From contig JBHLPW010000088.1 in assembly GCA_048939015.1 (NCBI GenBank), positions 1 through 15,968 on the forward strand: DNA of 15,968 bases. Reading direction: 5' to 3'. The stretch is from Promethearchaeota archaeon. GTDB lineage: Archaea > Asgardarchaeota > Lokiarchaeia > Sigyniarchaeales > SOKP01. The notes below the pieces were generated by a model. It was given only the letters and a program-made list of their open reading frames with translations. It made no database searches and was not told the origin of the DNA. How positions within the stretch are numbered: the stretch's first letter is position 1; every line of letters starts with the position of its first letter. Shown here one piece after another: positions 8,101-15,968 of this stretch. Both the position numbers and the translations under genes were made by a program.

Positions 8101-9069
8101 TTGATCAATTCTTTTCTCATAACTTATTGTAAGGTTAAAAGTTTTAATTATCAATAAATCCCAAATATCAACATCACCACCAAATTCATTGTCTTCACAA
8201 TAAAGGTCAATTCCCATTGTTATAGTAAAATTGCGATTATCAGTTTGCAAAACCGCAGTTAATAAGTTAATTAAAACATTTTCTGGTACGTTACTCATTT
8301 CATCTGAAATAGTTGGAGTAGGTGGGTTATCTCGTCCTAAATTAACAGTTTGATTATATGCAACTTGATATTCTTGAGTTTTTGGCAAATCTGAGATTCG
8401 GACATAAAAAGTAGCAAAATCTCCCACAGAATAATATATGACGCCTGTGTCACCGTTTCGGTCGATTCCATTAATACGAGGTGATACAGTCACTGTTGCA
8501 TTAAATGTTACATTTAATTTTGCAGCTGTAATAACATAATCTGACATATTAACCGGCATATTAATGTCTCTTTCCCAATGAATACTTGGAGTATTTCTTG
8601 TTTGATTAACATTTTCATCCCAGGTATGTGTAATCCAGCATCCACGAGAATCAACTCCATAAGAATCTGGTCTAACAGGAAATTCTGGATTTGATTTATT
8701 AATCCAATATGTTTTACTTAGGGGATCATCAATTCGATATACCCCAGAATCACCAATTACTTCAAAATTTGCTTGATCTTGTTCTGTGGTGGCATTAACA
8801 TCAGTACTATCTCCTTCAGTTATATTATACCATGGGTCTATAGGAGTTTCAAAAGTGGGATTCTTAAGCCATTCTGTTGTATGTGGTTCTTGTATAATTC
8901 CTTGATTCTTAAGCGCTAAATCATCCTCATCATCTTTCTCGATATTATTTTCAACATAAAAAGCACTTTGGTTTAATAAGGAATTGTTTATAAAAATATT
9001 GGATAATATTAAAGCAATTAAGACTGTAAAGATTAAAATTTTTTTATTCCTATGGCAAGATTTTCTCAT
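5200..9069 (-). CDS. Large membrane-anchored cell-surface glycoprotein (head domain, 7 Ig-like repeats, TM, basic tail)
   Basis: 1289 aa. N-terminal basic plus hydrophobic signal or anchor; beta-rich head (about 7741-8892); seven ~100-aa repeats, several ending V[LV]ER; many N-x-S/T sequons; TM LLLFQGLLIGISIAAGILVSYLIVY; Lys/Arg-rich tail. SD GAGGTTG at 9078-9084. Confidence 0.85.
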   Translation of the reverse strand: MRKSCHRNKKILIFTVLIALILSNIFINNSLLNQSAFYVENNIEKDDEDDLALKNQGIIQEPHTTEWLKNPTFETPIDPWYNITEGDSTDVNATTEQDQANFEVIGDSGVYRIDDPLSKTYWINKSNPEFPVRPDSYGVDSRGCWITHTWDENVNQTRNTPSIHWERDINMPVNMSDYVITAAKLNVTFNATVTVSPRINGIDRNGDTGVIYYSVGDFATFYVRISDLPKTQEYQVAYNQTVNLGRDNPPTPTISDEMSNVPENVLINLLTAVLQTDNRNFTITMGIDLYCEDNEFGGDVDIWDLLIIKTFNLTISYEKRIDQFTSLSWNQIGNTLMGSNIDIENATLNFKYKIDQQNWTTSSPNSEIRVYINNRVHTETVKLSKAKDTFQDIKSGGFDVTSLILKEVNISVSIQVYLADTFTLNQTITVSIDNASLLISYTENIVEETTSYDLLLNSIDKTLEKSIEVTMGDAVNITFVYKNQTSSDFIQNATVQLIGLGSPKNLSEDDIIGQYNITVHTSKLNLSNNYLTLSASKKYYESKSILINIKVLERETDLQLYLDRNNETLDKSITMIYGNSGNITITYKDKESYPYVHINNANVSLIGLGDPQDLLDYGLDQYTIIIDTKDLGLGTTYLSVNAIKENYTSQSIRFKIEVLERSSYIDKIYLNKTESILIEIPWNENLNIAITYNDTLTDNFIDNALVQLIGTGISINFTENSPLNYSTDISTSKLKLGVNFLTISARKDNYSIATKIITISVLERETNLEIYINNSLYIPSQYYNTSVGDFLNITVFYRDFISDLLISSASVQMIETGTPEDLDEHPILHYYSIIVETELLGAGVKFLTITANKDNYTFSTELVTVLIDEKESSIELYINGTQYFDGETIEAEINDILNVTVKYLDNVTKTFLNNATIELFGKGSLDENPILEFYNITVNVFDLEKSLNRLSIGAQIENYQYALIEFFVQVVERESDGVLLLNTVNKTDDPYLEVPVRSLVNFTLRFFDGKTGNFIPGATIRLDGDLTAVLDENASLEQYYLIVNTTQLSIGINVFSILAERPNFQPFFIQNIYINIQRISTNITTVSGKNTISTSPGKSITLSIVLYDLDFGGMIKGATVTYRWQYEPGELTDPENDGIYEVVISDVPEGSFIITVYAYAGDHYAFEPYEIVLSVIRPKQDLLLFQGLLIGISIAAGILVSYLIVYMRVLRFPKPVRRVRKFRKSLKRKTAPNIKISSREKAFNSIYTTELSKTSSVLKLKPPIRKKKPTQETEAKIPVPIKEKTVPSE
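5540..7725 (-). repeat. Seven degenerate ~100-105-aa Ig-like stalk repeats (protein level)
   Basis: Recurrent hxhhhN....hNhThxY.D.....I..A.V.L.G....L.E.....Y.I.h.T..L..G...h.h.A.K.NY. Diverged at the DNA level; boundaries approximate. Confidence 0.8.
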
Positions 9070-9077
9070 ATTTAATA

Positions 9078-9130
9078 CAACCTCGATAAATATTTAATAT
9101 TTAAAAATTACAAATTAGGATATAAATTTT
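9078..9130 (-). promoter_or_regulatory. SD (GAGGTTG, 9078-9084) and candidate TATA box (AAAATTTATA, 9130-9121) for the 1289-aa gene
   Basis: SD is 8 nt from ATG 9069. The TATA-like element is about 50 nt upstream, but TATA calls are weak in DNA this AT-rich. Confidence 0.4.
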
Positions 9131-9349
9131 GTATATATTCTTATTAAGATATATTTCTATATTTCTTATAATAATTTTCCTTTATTTTTTTAAATTTCAT
9201 CTATAATGATTAAGCTATTTATTCCTTTGTAAATTTTTTAAGATTAAATTCAAAAACAGTTTATTATAAGAAAATGTTATTCTTCAATAAAAGATATTGA
9301 GATACGAATGATTTAACGTTAATTAATAATTGAATTCTTGACTTAAATT

Positions 9350-9359
9350 AAAAAAAAAA
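9350..9359 (-). terminator. T10 tract after the 1819-aa gene
   Basis: A10 on the plus strand, about 18 nt downstream of the stop at 9378. Confidence 0.5.
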
Positions 9360-9377
9360 TAATTGCATTTTATAATT

Positions 9378-12300
9378 TTATATATTTGGAGTATTACTAT
9401 TTGAGTCTTTAACCAATTTGTCTAATTCTTCTTTTTTCTCAAGTATTTTCTCAGTTAACTGATTTGGTTCCATTGGTTCTTCTAATGGCTTTTCAGGGCC
9501 TTTATCTGAAGGTATTTTTTGAACCTTAGGTTTAATCACTCCAGGATGACGTTTTAATTTTAAATCACTTGTAGATTTTCCTAAATTTTCATTATAGGCT
9601 ATTTTAAAGGCAGTTTCTTTTCCAATAATTGGAGTTTTTGGAGCAGTTTTGTATTTTAGAGATTTCCTAAATTTCCTGACTTTTCTTACTTGTTTAGGAA
9701 ATTTTAAATAAGTTTGGTATGCATAAAGATAAATCGCTAAAGCACCGATTACAATCATTGAGACTACAAATAAGATAGGAAAGAGAGGATTTTCTGGTAC
9801 CACCTCACTAGTTGCAGCAATAACTATTACGTAATCTTCAACAAAATAATTATCACCGATAAAAGCGGAAATTTCTATAGGAGAAGTACCTTCAGGTACA
9901 TTTGGCATAGTAGCCTCATATATGCCATCATCATTAAGATCCTCTAGAATACCCACACGACCCTCCCAACTATAAGTAACAATTGCTCCTGTAATAAATC
10001 CACCAAAATCAGTATTATTTAATCTGATTCTCACAAAAACATCAGTTCCAGTTTTGGTCTCTATTGTATTAGTTCCAGTAGCCGGTTCGATTTGTACATT
10101 GATCCTCTTAACAGAAACTGTGATATCTACAATTTTAGCTTCGAGGGATTCTGTTTGCGCTGTAACCCTCAATAAATTTGTTCCTGTTTTTAAACTTTGA
10201 TTAGTATCAATAAGTATTGAATATTGTTCAAATGTGATACTCTCATTAATATATGAGGTAAATGTTTCAGAGGATAATAGAATAGTTGCTCCAGAGATAT
10301 GGCTACCATTAAGTAATTTATATTTTAGGGTCACATTAAGTATTTCGCTAACAGTAAGTTCTATAAATGGATCTTGAGTGACATTTTGGCGATTTAATAT
10401 AACCTGTAAATCTTCTGTCGGAAATTTATTAATCCTTACAATAAGATCTATTACTTTTGAATAGTGGTCTTCTGCTTGGGCAGTTATAGTTAAAAAGTTT
10501 ATACCTGCATCCGCTACAGTCGTGTTCAAAATTATTGTATACTGTTCAAGAATTTCATCTTCCTTTAAAAAACCAGTAAAGTTTCCAGTTACTTGCACAG
10601 TAGCATTGGGTATATGAACTTTTGACATATTTAAATATTTAATTGTTATATTTAGAGAATCACCAATAAAAATATCAATATCGGGATCATCAGTTTTATT
10701 AACACTATTTAAGAATAGATGGATTTCTGTTTCTTTATCGGGAAATATTATTGTATACGTAAGATCGAGATATACTTCATCAATTGAAATTACAATAGTT
10801 CTATTATTTCCAAATTCATCTGCGATGTAAATTTGAATAGAAAGATTGACATCATCTATAATTAATGAAGTTATATCAAATCCTCCCACTTTAGCTTCTT
10901 GAAATGTTGTGTTTGCATCGACTAATTTTATTGTTTCAGTATGTAAATTATCATTAATTAAAATTCTAATCTCGGAATTTGGGGATGTATTAGGCCATGT
11001 AGCGTTAGTCTTATATTTAAAATTAAGAATTGCCTTATTAACTACAACTGTATCATTACTTATATCACTAATCTTATCTGCATTTTGATTCCAAGATACA
11101 GAAGTAAATTGATTAATCCTTTTTACATATGTAAATGTCAAATTACAGGATTCAATATATAAAGAATTCCAAATATCACGATCACTTATCCAATTATCTT
11201 CACACCAAATTCTAATTCCCAATGTAATTGTAAAGTTATGATTATCACTTCCAAGGACGGAGGATAAGTAAAATATTAGAGCTTCTTTTGGGACTGTTGT
11301 CATGAATGTTGAAGGCATTGAATCAGTAGCACCCGCAGAATCTTTTCCAAGATCAACCGTTTGATTATAGGCAATTTCATATACTTTATCTTTATTCAAG
11401 TCTGATAAAAGAATATAAAATCGAGCATAATCCCATGTGTAATTTTGAATACCTGAATAAGTAGCATCTCCTGGACATTCTACTCCCCCTCCACTCCAAT
11501 CTCCAGGGGAAGCTGTAACTGTGCCACTAACAGTAGCAGCAATGTTTGCATCTGTGATAATATAATCTGACATATCATCTACTATAGATACGTTTCTCTC
11601 CCAATGTACACTTGGGAACTGAGTAGCCAATTCTGCAAATGAATGAGAAACGTAACAGCCTTGAGCATTTATAGTTGCTGTGTCTGGATATAAAGGAAAT
11701 TCAGGATTATGAACTTGCTGCCAATCTGTGATAAGAGGTGTTCCTGATATTTCATTGAAAGTTTTTTCTTCTCCCAAAATTTCATAATTTGCTTGTCCTG
11801 GACTTGTTGTTGCATTTACATCTGAATTATCTCCTAATGCACCATATGAAGAAAACCATGTAGGTTCTATAGGTGCTGTAAAATTAGGATTATCAAGCCA
11901 CTGTTGAGTAAAAGATTCTTGAGCCGAAATCCCAAGTCCATTAAGATTTTCATTAACAACATTATAAAACGAGTTTTCAGGAAATTTAAATAAATTTTGA
12001 GCAAATAAAGGATTAAGTATTGACGAAGACAATAAGAGTGTTGCTAAAATCATAATCAAATAGAATATTTTTCCATTTTTATTCATTTTTAACGAATTTT
12101 TCCAAAAATTTCTTATTCTTAATGTAAAAGGTCTTTTGAAAGTTCTTTGCGTATTTTTGTTATTCCTTGTACGGTCATCTGGTTTATAGGAGTTTGTATT
12201 TGGATTTTTCGAATCACTCACTAAATCAACTTTAGGAGGTAATGGTTCTTTTTCCATAATTTTCTCTATACTCTCTTCTTCCTCTTCCTTTTTTGGCTTT

Positions 12301-14837
12301 TTCTTTAAAAATCTAATTGTTTTAGGTAATTCTTGTTTATAAGCAGAATTGAATGCTTTTTCACGACTTAAAATACTGACATTAGGAGCTCTTGTTCTCT
12401 TTAGACTTTTTCGAAATTTTCGAACTTTTCGAACAGTTTTAGGATATTTTAACACTTTCTGATAAGCATAAAGATAACCCCCTAATCCTATGGAAATTAC
12501 TATACCTATTATTAATAGGATTAGAAAAAGAGGTGATCCTGGCCTTGGTTTGCTCGCAACTATTATAAATTCAAGACTTACAAAATTATATTTATCACTT
12601 CCAAAAGCGTTAATAACTATATAATGAGTTCCTGCAGGTATATCCAATATATCTGCTTCATAAATACCATCATTGTCTATATCTTGAAGTAATCCGCTTT
12701 CTTCATTCCATGTATATGTTACTATTGCTCCTTTGATAAGTTCATTAAAATCTGTATTGTTAATATATACTTGTATATTAATATCTTCACTGGGACGAAT
12801 ACTGATTGCATTAGAATTATTAACTGCTGTTATAACTGAATTAATTTTTCTCACTGTAATTCTGGGGTTTTTAAATTGATCTTCAAAGTTTAACTTATTA
12901 GCCTCAACCGTTAAAAGATTGATACCAGGATTTAATTTTATTGAACTATTAACAATGATTGAATATTGATTTAAACTAATGCTTTCATTTAGAGTTTCTA
13001 TTATTCCTTCCCCAAATAAAGTTACTGTTGCTCCGGTTATTGGTGTTCCTAAAAGGGTGTTATATTTCACTGTTATATTTAATAGACTATCCAAAGGAAC
13101 GTCAATTACAGGATCAGATGACATATTATCACCGTTTAAGAATAATTCCAACTCATTTGTCTCAGTCGGTAATACAGTTATAATTGGACTTAAAGTACTC
13201 AATTCAAAATTTACTTTATGAGCAACAATTTTAAAATAAATTATTCCTACGTCCAAATCATTAGCATCAATTATTATTGTATATTGTTCATGTGCTGGAT
13301 CTTCTAATAAACTCCCTGTGAGATTTCCAGATAACAGTACTAGCGCCCCTGGAATATGATTTCCAGTATCATCAGGGTATTTTACAGTTATATTTAAGTC
13401 ATTCCCCACAGGATGATCGTATATAGGGTTAGAGGTTTTGTTAATTCCATTGAAAAATACTTGAATATTTGTTTGAAAATCAGGGAATATAACTGTATAA
13501 GTGATATTTAGATAAACATCATCGAGAGAAATAGTAATATTTCGATCTAAACTGAATTCATCTGCAAGATAAACTTGGATTGAAAAATTAATGTCCGTGT
13601 TATATGGAATTAACGATTTAACGTCAAATCCACCTGTTTTCGCAATTTGGAAACTTTCATTCGCCTTACTTAGTTTTATCGTTTCTGATAATTTATTAGT
13701 GTTAATATAAGCCCTTATTTCCGAATTTGGAGAAGCATTTGGCCATTTATCATTTATTTTATATTTAAAATTAAGTTTAGCTTCATTTAATATAACTGTA
13801 TCACTGATATTGCTAATTTGATTTCCATGTTGATTCCATGATATCGAAGTAAATTGATCAACCTTTTTTTCATATGTAAAAGTTAGGTCACACGTCTTTA
13901 TTCTTAAAGAATCCCATCTATCACGATCATAATTAAAATTGTCAACACATTTTATTCTAATTCCAAGCGTGATCTGGAAGTGATAACTATCACGTTCAAA
14001 AAGTGAAGTCAAATAAAAAATTAAGGCTTCTTGTACAACGGTATTCATAAAGCTGTCTGTTATATTGCTAATTTCAGGATCGTCTTGACCTAAATCTATA
14101 GTTTGGTACCAGGCAATTTCATATATTTCATTACGTTCCAAATCAGATATCTGTACATAAAATCTTGCTGTATCATAATCACCTGGTTGATCCACAGAAT
14201 CATTTGGTGTATCTACGCCATAGTAGGGATTTGGTGATCCTGCACCACCAGGCTGAGTAGTAACTGACGCATTAAATACAGCTGAGATATTTGCAGACGT
14301 AATTATATAGTCTGACATATCAACATCCATTGTAATATTTCTAACCCAATGGATACTAGGAGATTGTATTGGATCATCTGGATCGATCCATGTATGCGAT
14401 ACTTCACAACCATATTCATCAATGTTATTGAAATCTGGAGGAGCTGGAAACGCAGGGTTTGTTACATTTATCCACCCAGGAGAACTTGATGAATTTGGAG
14501 TCCCTAACACTTGCGTAAAAGTACGTTTGTCTCCTAGAACGCTTAAATTTACATGCCCTAATCCTGCTGTGGCTTCTACATCTGAAAAATCTCCTCCTTT
14601 CTGGGAATACCATATAGGTTCGATTGGATCTTCAAAAGTAGGATTTTCTAGCCATACAGCTGTAAGCGTTTCTTGAGCTGCCATACGAGGGTCGATAGAA
14701 TCTGAATCTCCAAATTTATTATCGGAGTATATTTTTTGACTTTGAAATATGGAAATAGTAAGAAGTGATGATGAAATTATAATGATAAGTGCATAAATTG
14801 CTAAAATTCTCTTTTTTTTATAGTTATTCAGTCTCAT
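9378..14837 (-). CDS. Large cell-surface glycoprotein made of two complete fused modules (each: anchor, head, 3 Ig-like repeats, TM, basic tail)
   Basis: 1819 aa, uninterrupted. Four hydrophobic segments; heads at about 13494-14675 and 10752-11921; the same tail motif at 12339-12464 and 9594-9719. Paralog of the 1289-aa gene. Confidence 0.85.
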   Translation of the reverse strand: MRLNNYKKKRILAIYALIIIISSSLLTISIFQSQKIYSDNKFGDSDSIDPRMAAQETLTAVWLENPTFEDPIEPIWYSQKGGDFSDVEATAGLGHVNLSVLGDKRTFTQVLGTPNSSSSPGWINVTNPAFPAPPDFNNIDEYGCEVSHTWIDPDDPIQSPSIHWVRNITMDVDMSDYIITSANISAVFNASVTTQPGGAGSPNPYYGVDTPNDSVDQPGDYDTARFYVQISDLERNEIYEIAWYQTIDLGQDDPEISNITDSFMNTVVQEALIFYLTSLFERDSYHFQITLGIRIKCVDNFNYDRDRWDSLRIKTCDLTFTYEKKVDQFTSISWNQHGNQISNISDTVILNEAKLNFKYKINDKWPNASPNSEIRAYINTNKLSETIKLSKANESFQIAKTGGFDVKSLIPYNTDINFSIQVYLADEFSLDRNITISLDDVYLNITYTVIFPDFQTNIQVFFNGINKTSNPIYDHPVGNDLNITVKYPDDTGNHIPGALVLLSGNLTGSLLEDPAHEQYTIIIDANDLDVGIIYFKIVAHKVNFELSTLSPIITVLPTETNELELFLNGDNMSSDPVIDVPLDSLLNITVKYNTLLGTPITGATVTLFGEGIIETLNESISLNQYSIIVNSSIKLNPGINLLTVEANKLNFEDQFKNPRITVRKINSVITAVNNSNAISIRPSEDINIQVYINNTDFNELIKGAIVTYTWNEESGLLQDIDNDGIYEADILDIPAGTHYIVINAFGSDKYNFVSLEFIIVASKPRPGSPLFLILLIIGIVISIGLGGYLYAYQKVLKYPKTVRKVRKFRKSLKRTRAPNVSILSREKAFNSAYKQELPKTIRFLKKKPKKEEEEESIEKIMEKEPLPPKVDLVSDSKNPNTNSYKPDDRTRNNKNTQRTFKRPFTLRIRNFWKNSLKMNKNGKIFYLIMILATLLLSSSILNPLFAQNLFKFPENSFYNVVNENLNGLGISAQESFTQQWLDNPNFTAPIEPTWFSSYGALGDNSDVNATTSPGQANYEILGEEKTFNEISGTPLITDWQQVHNPEFPLYPDTATINAQGCYVSHSFAELATQFPSVHWERNVSIVDDMSDYIITDANIAATVSGTVTASPGDWSGGGVECPGDATYSGIQNYTWDYARFYILLSDLNKDKVYEIAYNQTVDLGKDSAGATDSMPSTFMTTVPKEALIFYLSSVLGSDNHNFTITLGIRIWCEDNWISDRDIWNSLYIESCNLTFTYVKRINQFTSVSWNQNADKISDISNDTVVVNKAILNFKYKTNATWPNTSPNSEIRILINDNLHTETIKLVDANTTFQEAKVGGFDITSLIIDDVNLSIQIYIADEFGNNRTIVISIDEVYLDLTYTIIFPDKETEIHLFLNSVNKTDDPDIDIFIGDSLNITIKYLNMSKVHIPNATVQVTGNFTGFLKEDEILEQYTIILNTTVADAGINFLTITAQAEDHYSKVIDLIVRINKFPTEDLQVILNRQNVTQDPFIELTVSEILNVTLKYKLLNGSHISGATILLSSETFTSYINESITFEQYSILIDTNQSLKTGTNLLRVTAQTESLEAKIVDITVSVKRINVQIEPATGTNTIETKTGTDVFVRIRLNNTDFGGFITGAIVTYSWEGRVGILEDLNDDGIYEATMPNVPEGTSPIEISAFIGDNYFVEDYVIVIAATSEVVPENPLFPILFVVSMIVIGALAIYLYAYQTYLKFPKQVRKVRKFRKSLKYKTAPKTPIIGKETAFKIAYNENLGKSTSDLKLKRHPGVIKPKVQKIPSDKGPEKPLEEPMEPNQLTEKILEKKEELDKLVKDSNSNTPNI

Positions 14838-15131
14838 ATTGGGTTTTCATTGGTTATTTAATTTAAAACTTTTGATTAAGTTAGTATACCAAATTATGTA
14901 ATAAATAATTTGCCACTTGATCCCAAATACATTTGAAATATATTCTTATCTGAAAATCATTAGGATAACTTTAAATATAAATTAAATTAAAGAATTCTAA
15001 TAGCTCCAAATGTGTATTTTATATAAATATGAAAAAAGTTTAATTAAATAATAATAATACATAATACTTAAGAAATAATATTAAAATTTTAATTTAAAAA
15101 ACATATTTATCAAGTTTTTGAAGTGATATAA

Positions 15132-15968
15132 TTGATCCAAGGAATTTTGACATTTCAGTTCAAGATTAATCAAAAAGAGACGGGAGAAATAGAACCAGAG
15201 TTCGATCCTATCCAATTAGTCTTTCGAGATGATACCTATGATGAAGAGGATTTTTCAGAATTGCTCTCTCAAAACGATATTTTTGCAATTTTTTATCAGC
15301 ATACGACTGGTTTATTTGGTGTTAAGTACAGCTATAGCAACTATTATGAAGGAAGATTGAAGGACACACCCTATCAAGTAATATCTTATTTTAAACAAGT
15401 CGCTGATGGAACTCAATATTTAGCTATTTCAATATTCGAGTTAGATGATGAAATTGATATTTTTGATGATTTAATTAAAGAGATGGGAAAAAGACTAGAT
15501 GTAATATTTGATAAGTTAACACGAGCAAGAAATTCAAAGCAACTGTCTTTAATCGAAAATATTAATATACGATTAAAGAATGAAGTAAAATTTACTATTT
15601 TTCAAGTAGATAGATTATCTAATTTGGATAAACTTCAAAAAGTAGCTTTAATCTATAATAGTGTAGAGCGTATGAAGATCTTGGAAACTTTACGAGACTA
15701 TCCAATTTCAAAAAAGGAAATGAAGAATATATTAGAGAAAATGAGTTCTAATATTAATATTGATATTCTTTTACAACCTTTTCTAGAACTAAATATTATA
15801 CGTCGTGATTGGATAAAAGGAGAAAAAGATAAAAAAACAGGAGAGATAACTCATCAAGGAGAATATTTATTTCTTGTTAAAGACTTGATGCTTGCTCGCG
15901 TACCTAATGAAAATCTATTAAATCATTTTAAAGATACAAAAAATGAATTACTACCTTTATACAAACAA
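15132..15968 (+). CDS. Partial conserved-looking hypothetical protein: putative longin-like N-domain followed by a winged-helix-like region
   Basis: Not in the ORF track because there is no stop in the window. TTG at 15132 follows SD-like GAAGTGAT; 279 open codons reach the edge: MIQGILTFQFKINQKETGEIEPEFDP...YQVISYFKQVADGTQYLAISIFELDDEIDIFDDLIKEMGKRL...ERMKILETLRDYPISKKEMKNILEK...IDILLQPFLELNIIRRDW...GEYLFLVKDLMLARVP. The CDS is secure; the fold call is tentative. Confidence 0.8.
   Translation, partial: MIQGILTFQFKINQKETGEIEPEFDPIQLVFRDDTYDEEDFSELLSQNDIFAIFYQHTTGLFGVKYSYSNYYEGRLKDTPYQVISYFKQVADGTQYLAISIFELDDEIDIFDDLIKEMGKRLDVIFDKLTRARNSKQLSLIENINIRLKNEVKFTIFQVDRLSNLDKLQKVALIYNSVERMKILETLRDYPISKKEMKNILEKMSSNINIDILLQPFLELNIIRRDWIKGEKDKKTGEITHQGEYLFLVKDLMLARVPNENLLNHFKDTKNELLPLYKQ

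Noticed and set aside
12979-14676. Short ORFs 12979-13221 (+), 14422-14676 (+) and 14425-14613 (-)
   Set aside because: Nested within the 1819-aa gene as antisense or alternative frames, with no independent support.
5200-14837. Diversity-generating retroelement or cassette switching as the source of head variability
   Set aside because: No reverse transcriptase or recombinase in the window, and no near-identical nucleotide repeat pairs with adenine-specific differences were seen.
14824-14850. Out-of-frame 8-codon ORF (MKTQYETE) overlapping the start of the 1819-aa gene
   Set aside because: Expected by chance; no SD or other support.
14838-15131. AT-rich divergent spacer examined for ncRNA, CRISPR repeats or operators
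   Set aside because: Only low-complexity A/T runs and multiple ambiguous TATA-like words; no GC-rich structured segment or regular repeats.

Overview
Very AT-rich prokaryotic window with archaeal features: oligo-T terminators, GAGGT/GGTGA ribosome-binding sites and sequon-rich surface proteins. Gene content suggests an Asgard archaeon (Lokiarchaeia-like); this is inference, since no marker gene is present. The left part holds a V4R/Bet3-fold-like protein, a decayed CBS-domain gene remnant missed by the ORF track (753-950, minus), two tandem paralogous 3-hydroxyacyl-CoA dehydrogenases, an enoyl-CoA hydratase and a RimJ/RimL-type GNAT. The right part holds two large minus-strand membrane-anchored surface proteins built from three copies of one module: signal anchor, ~390-aa beta-rich head, Ig-like stalk, TM helix, conserved basic cytoplasmic tail. 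The 1819-aa protein is an in-frame head-to-tail fusion of two complete modules with 3 stalk repeats each; the 1289-aa protein is a single module with 7 repeats. A divergent ORF missing from the track (15132 to window end) looks like a longin-like plus winged-helix protein. No RNA genes, CRISPR arrays or mobile elements were seen.
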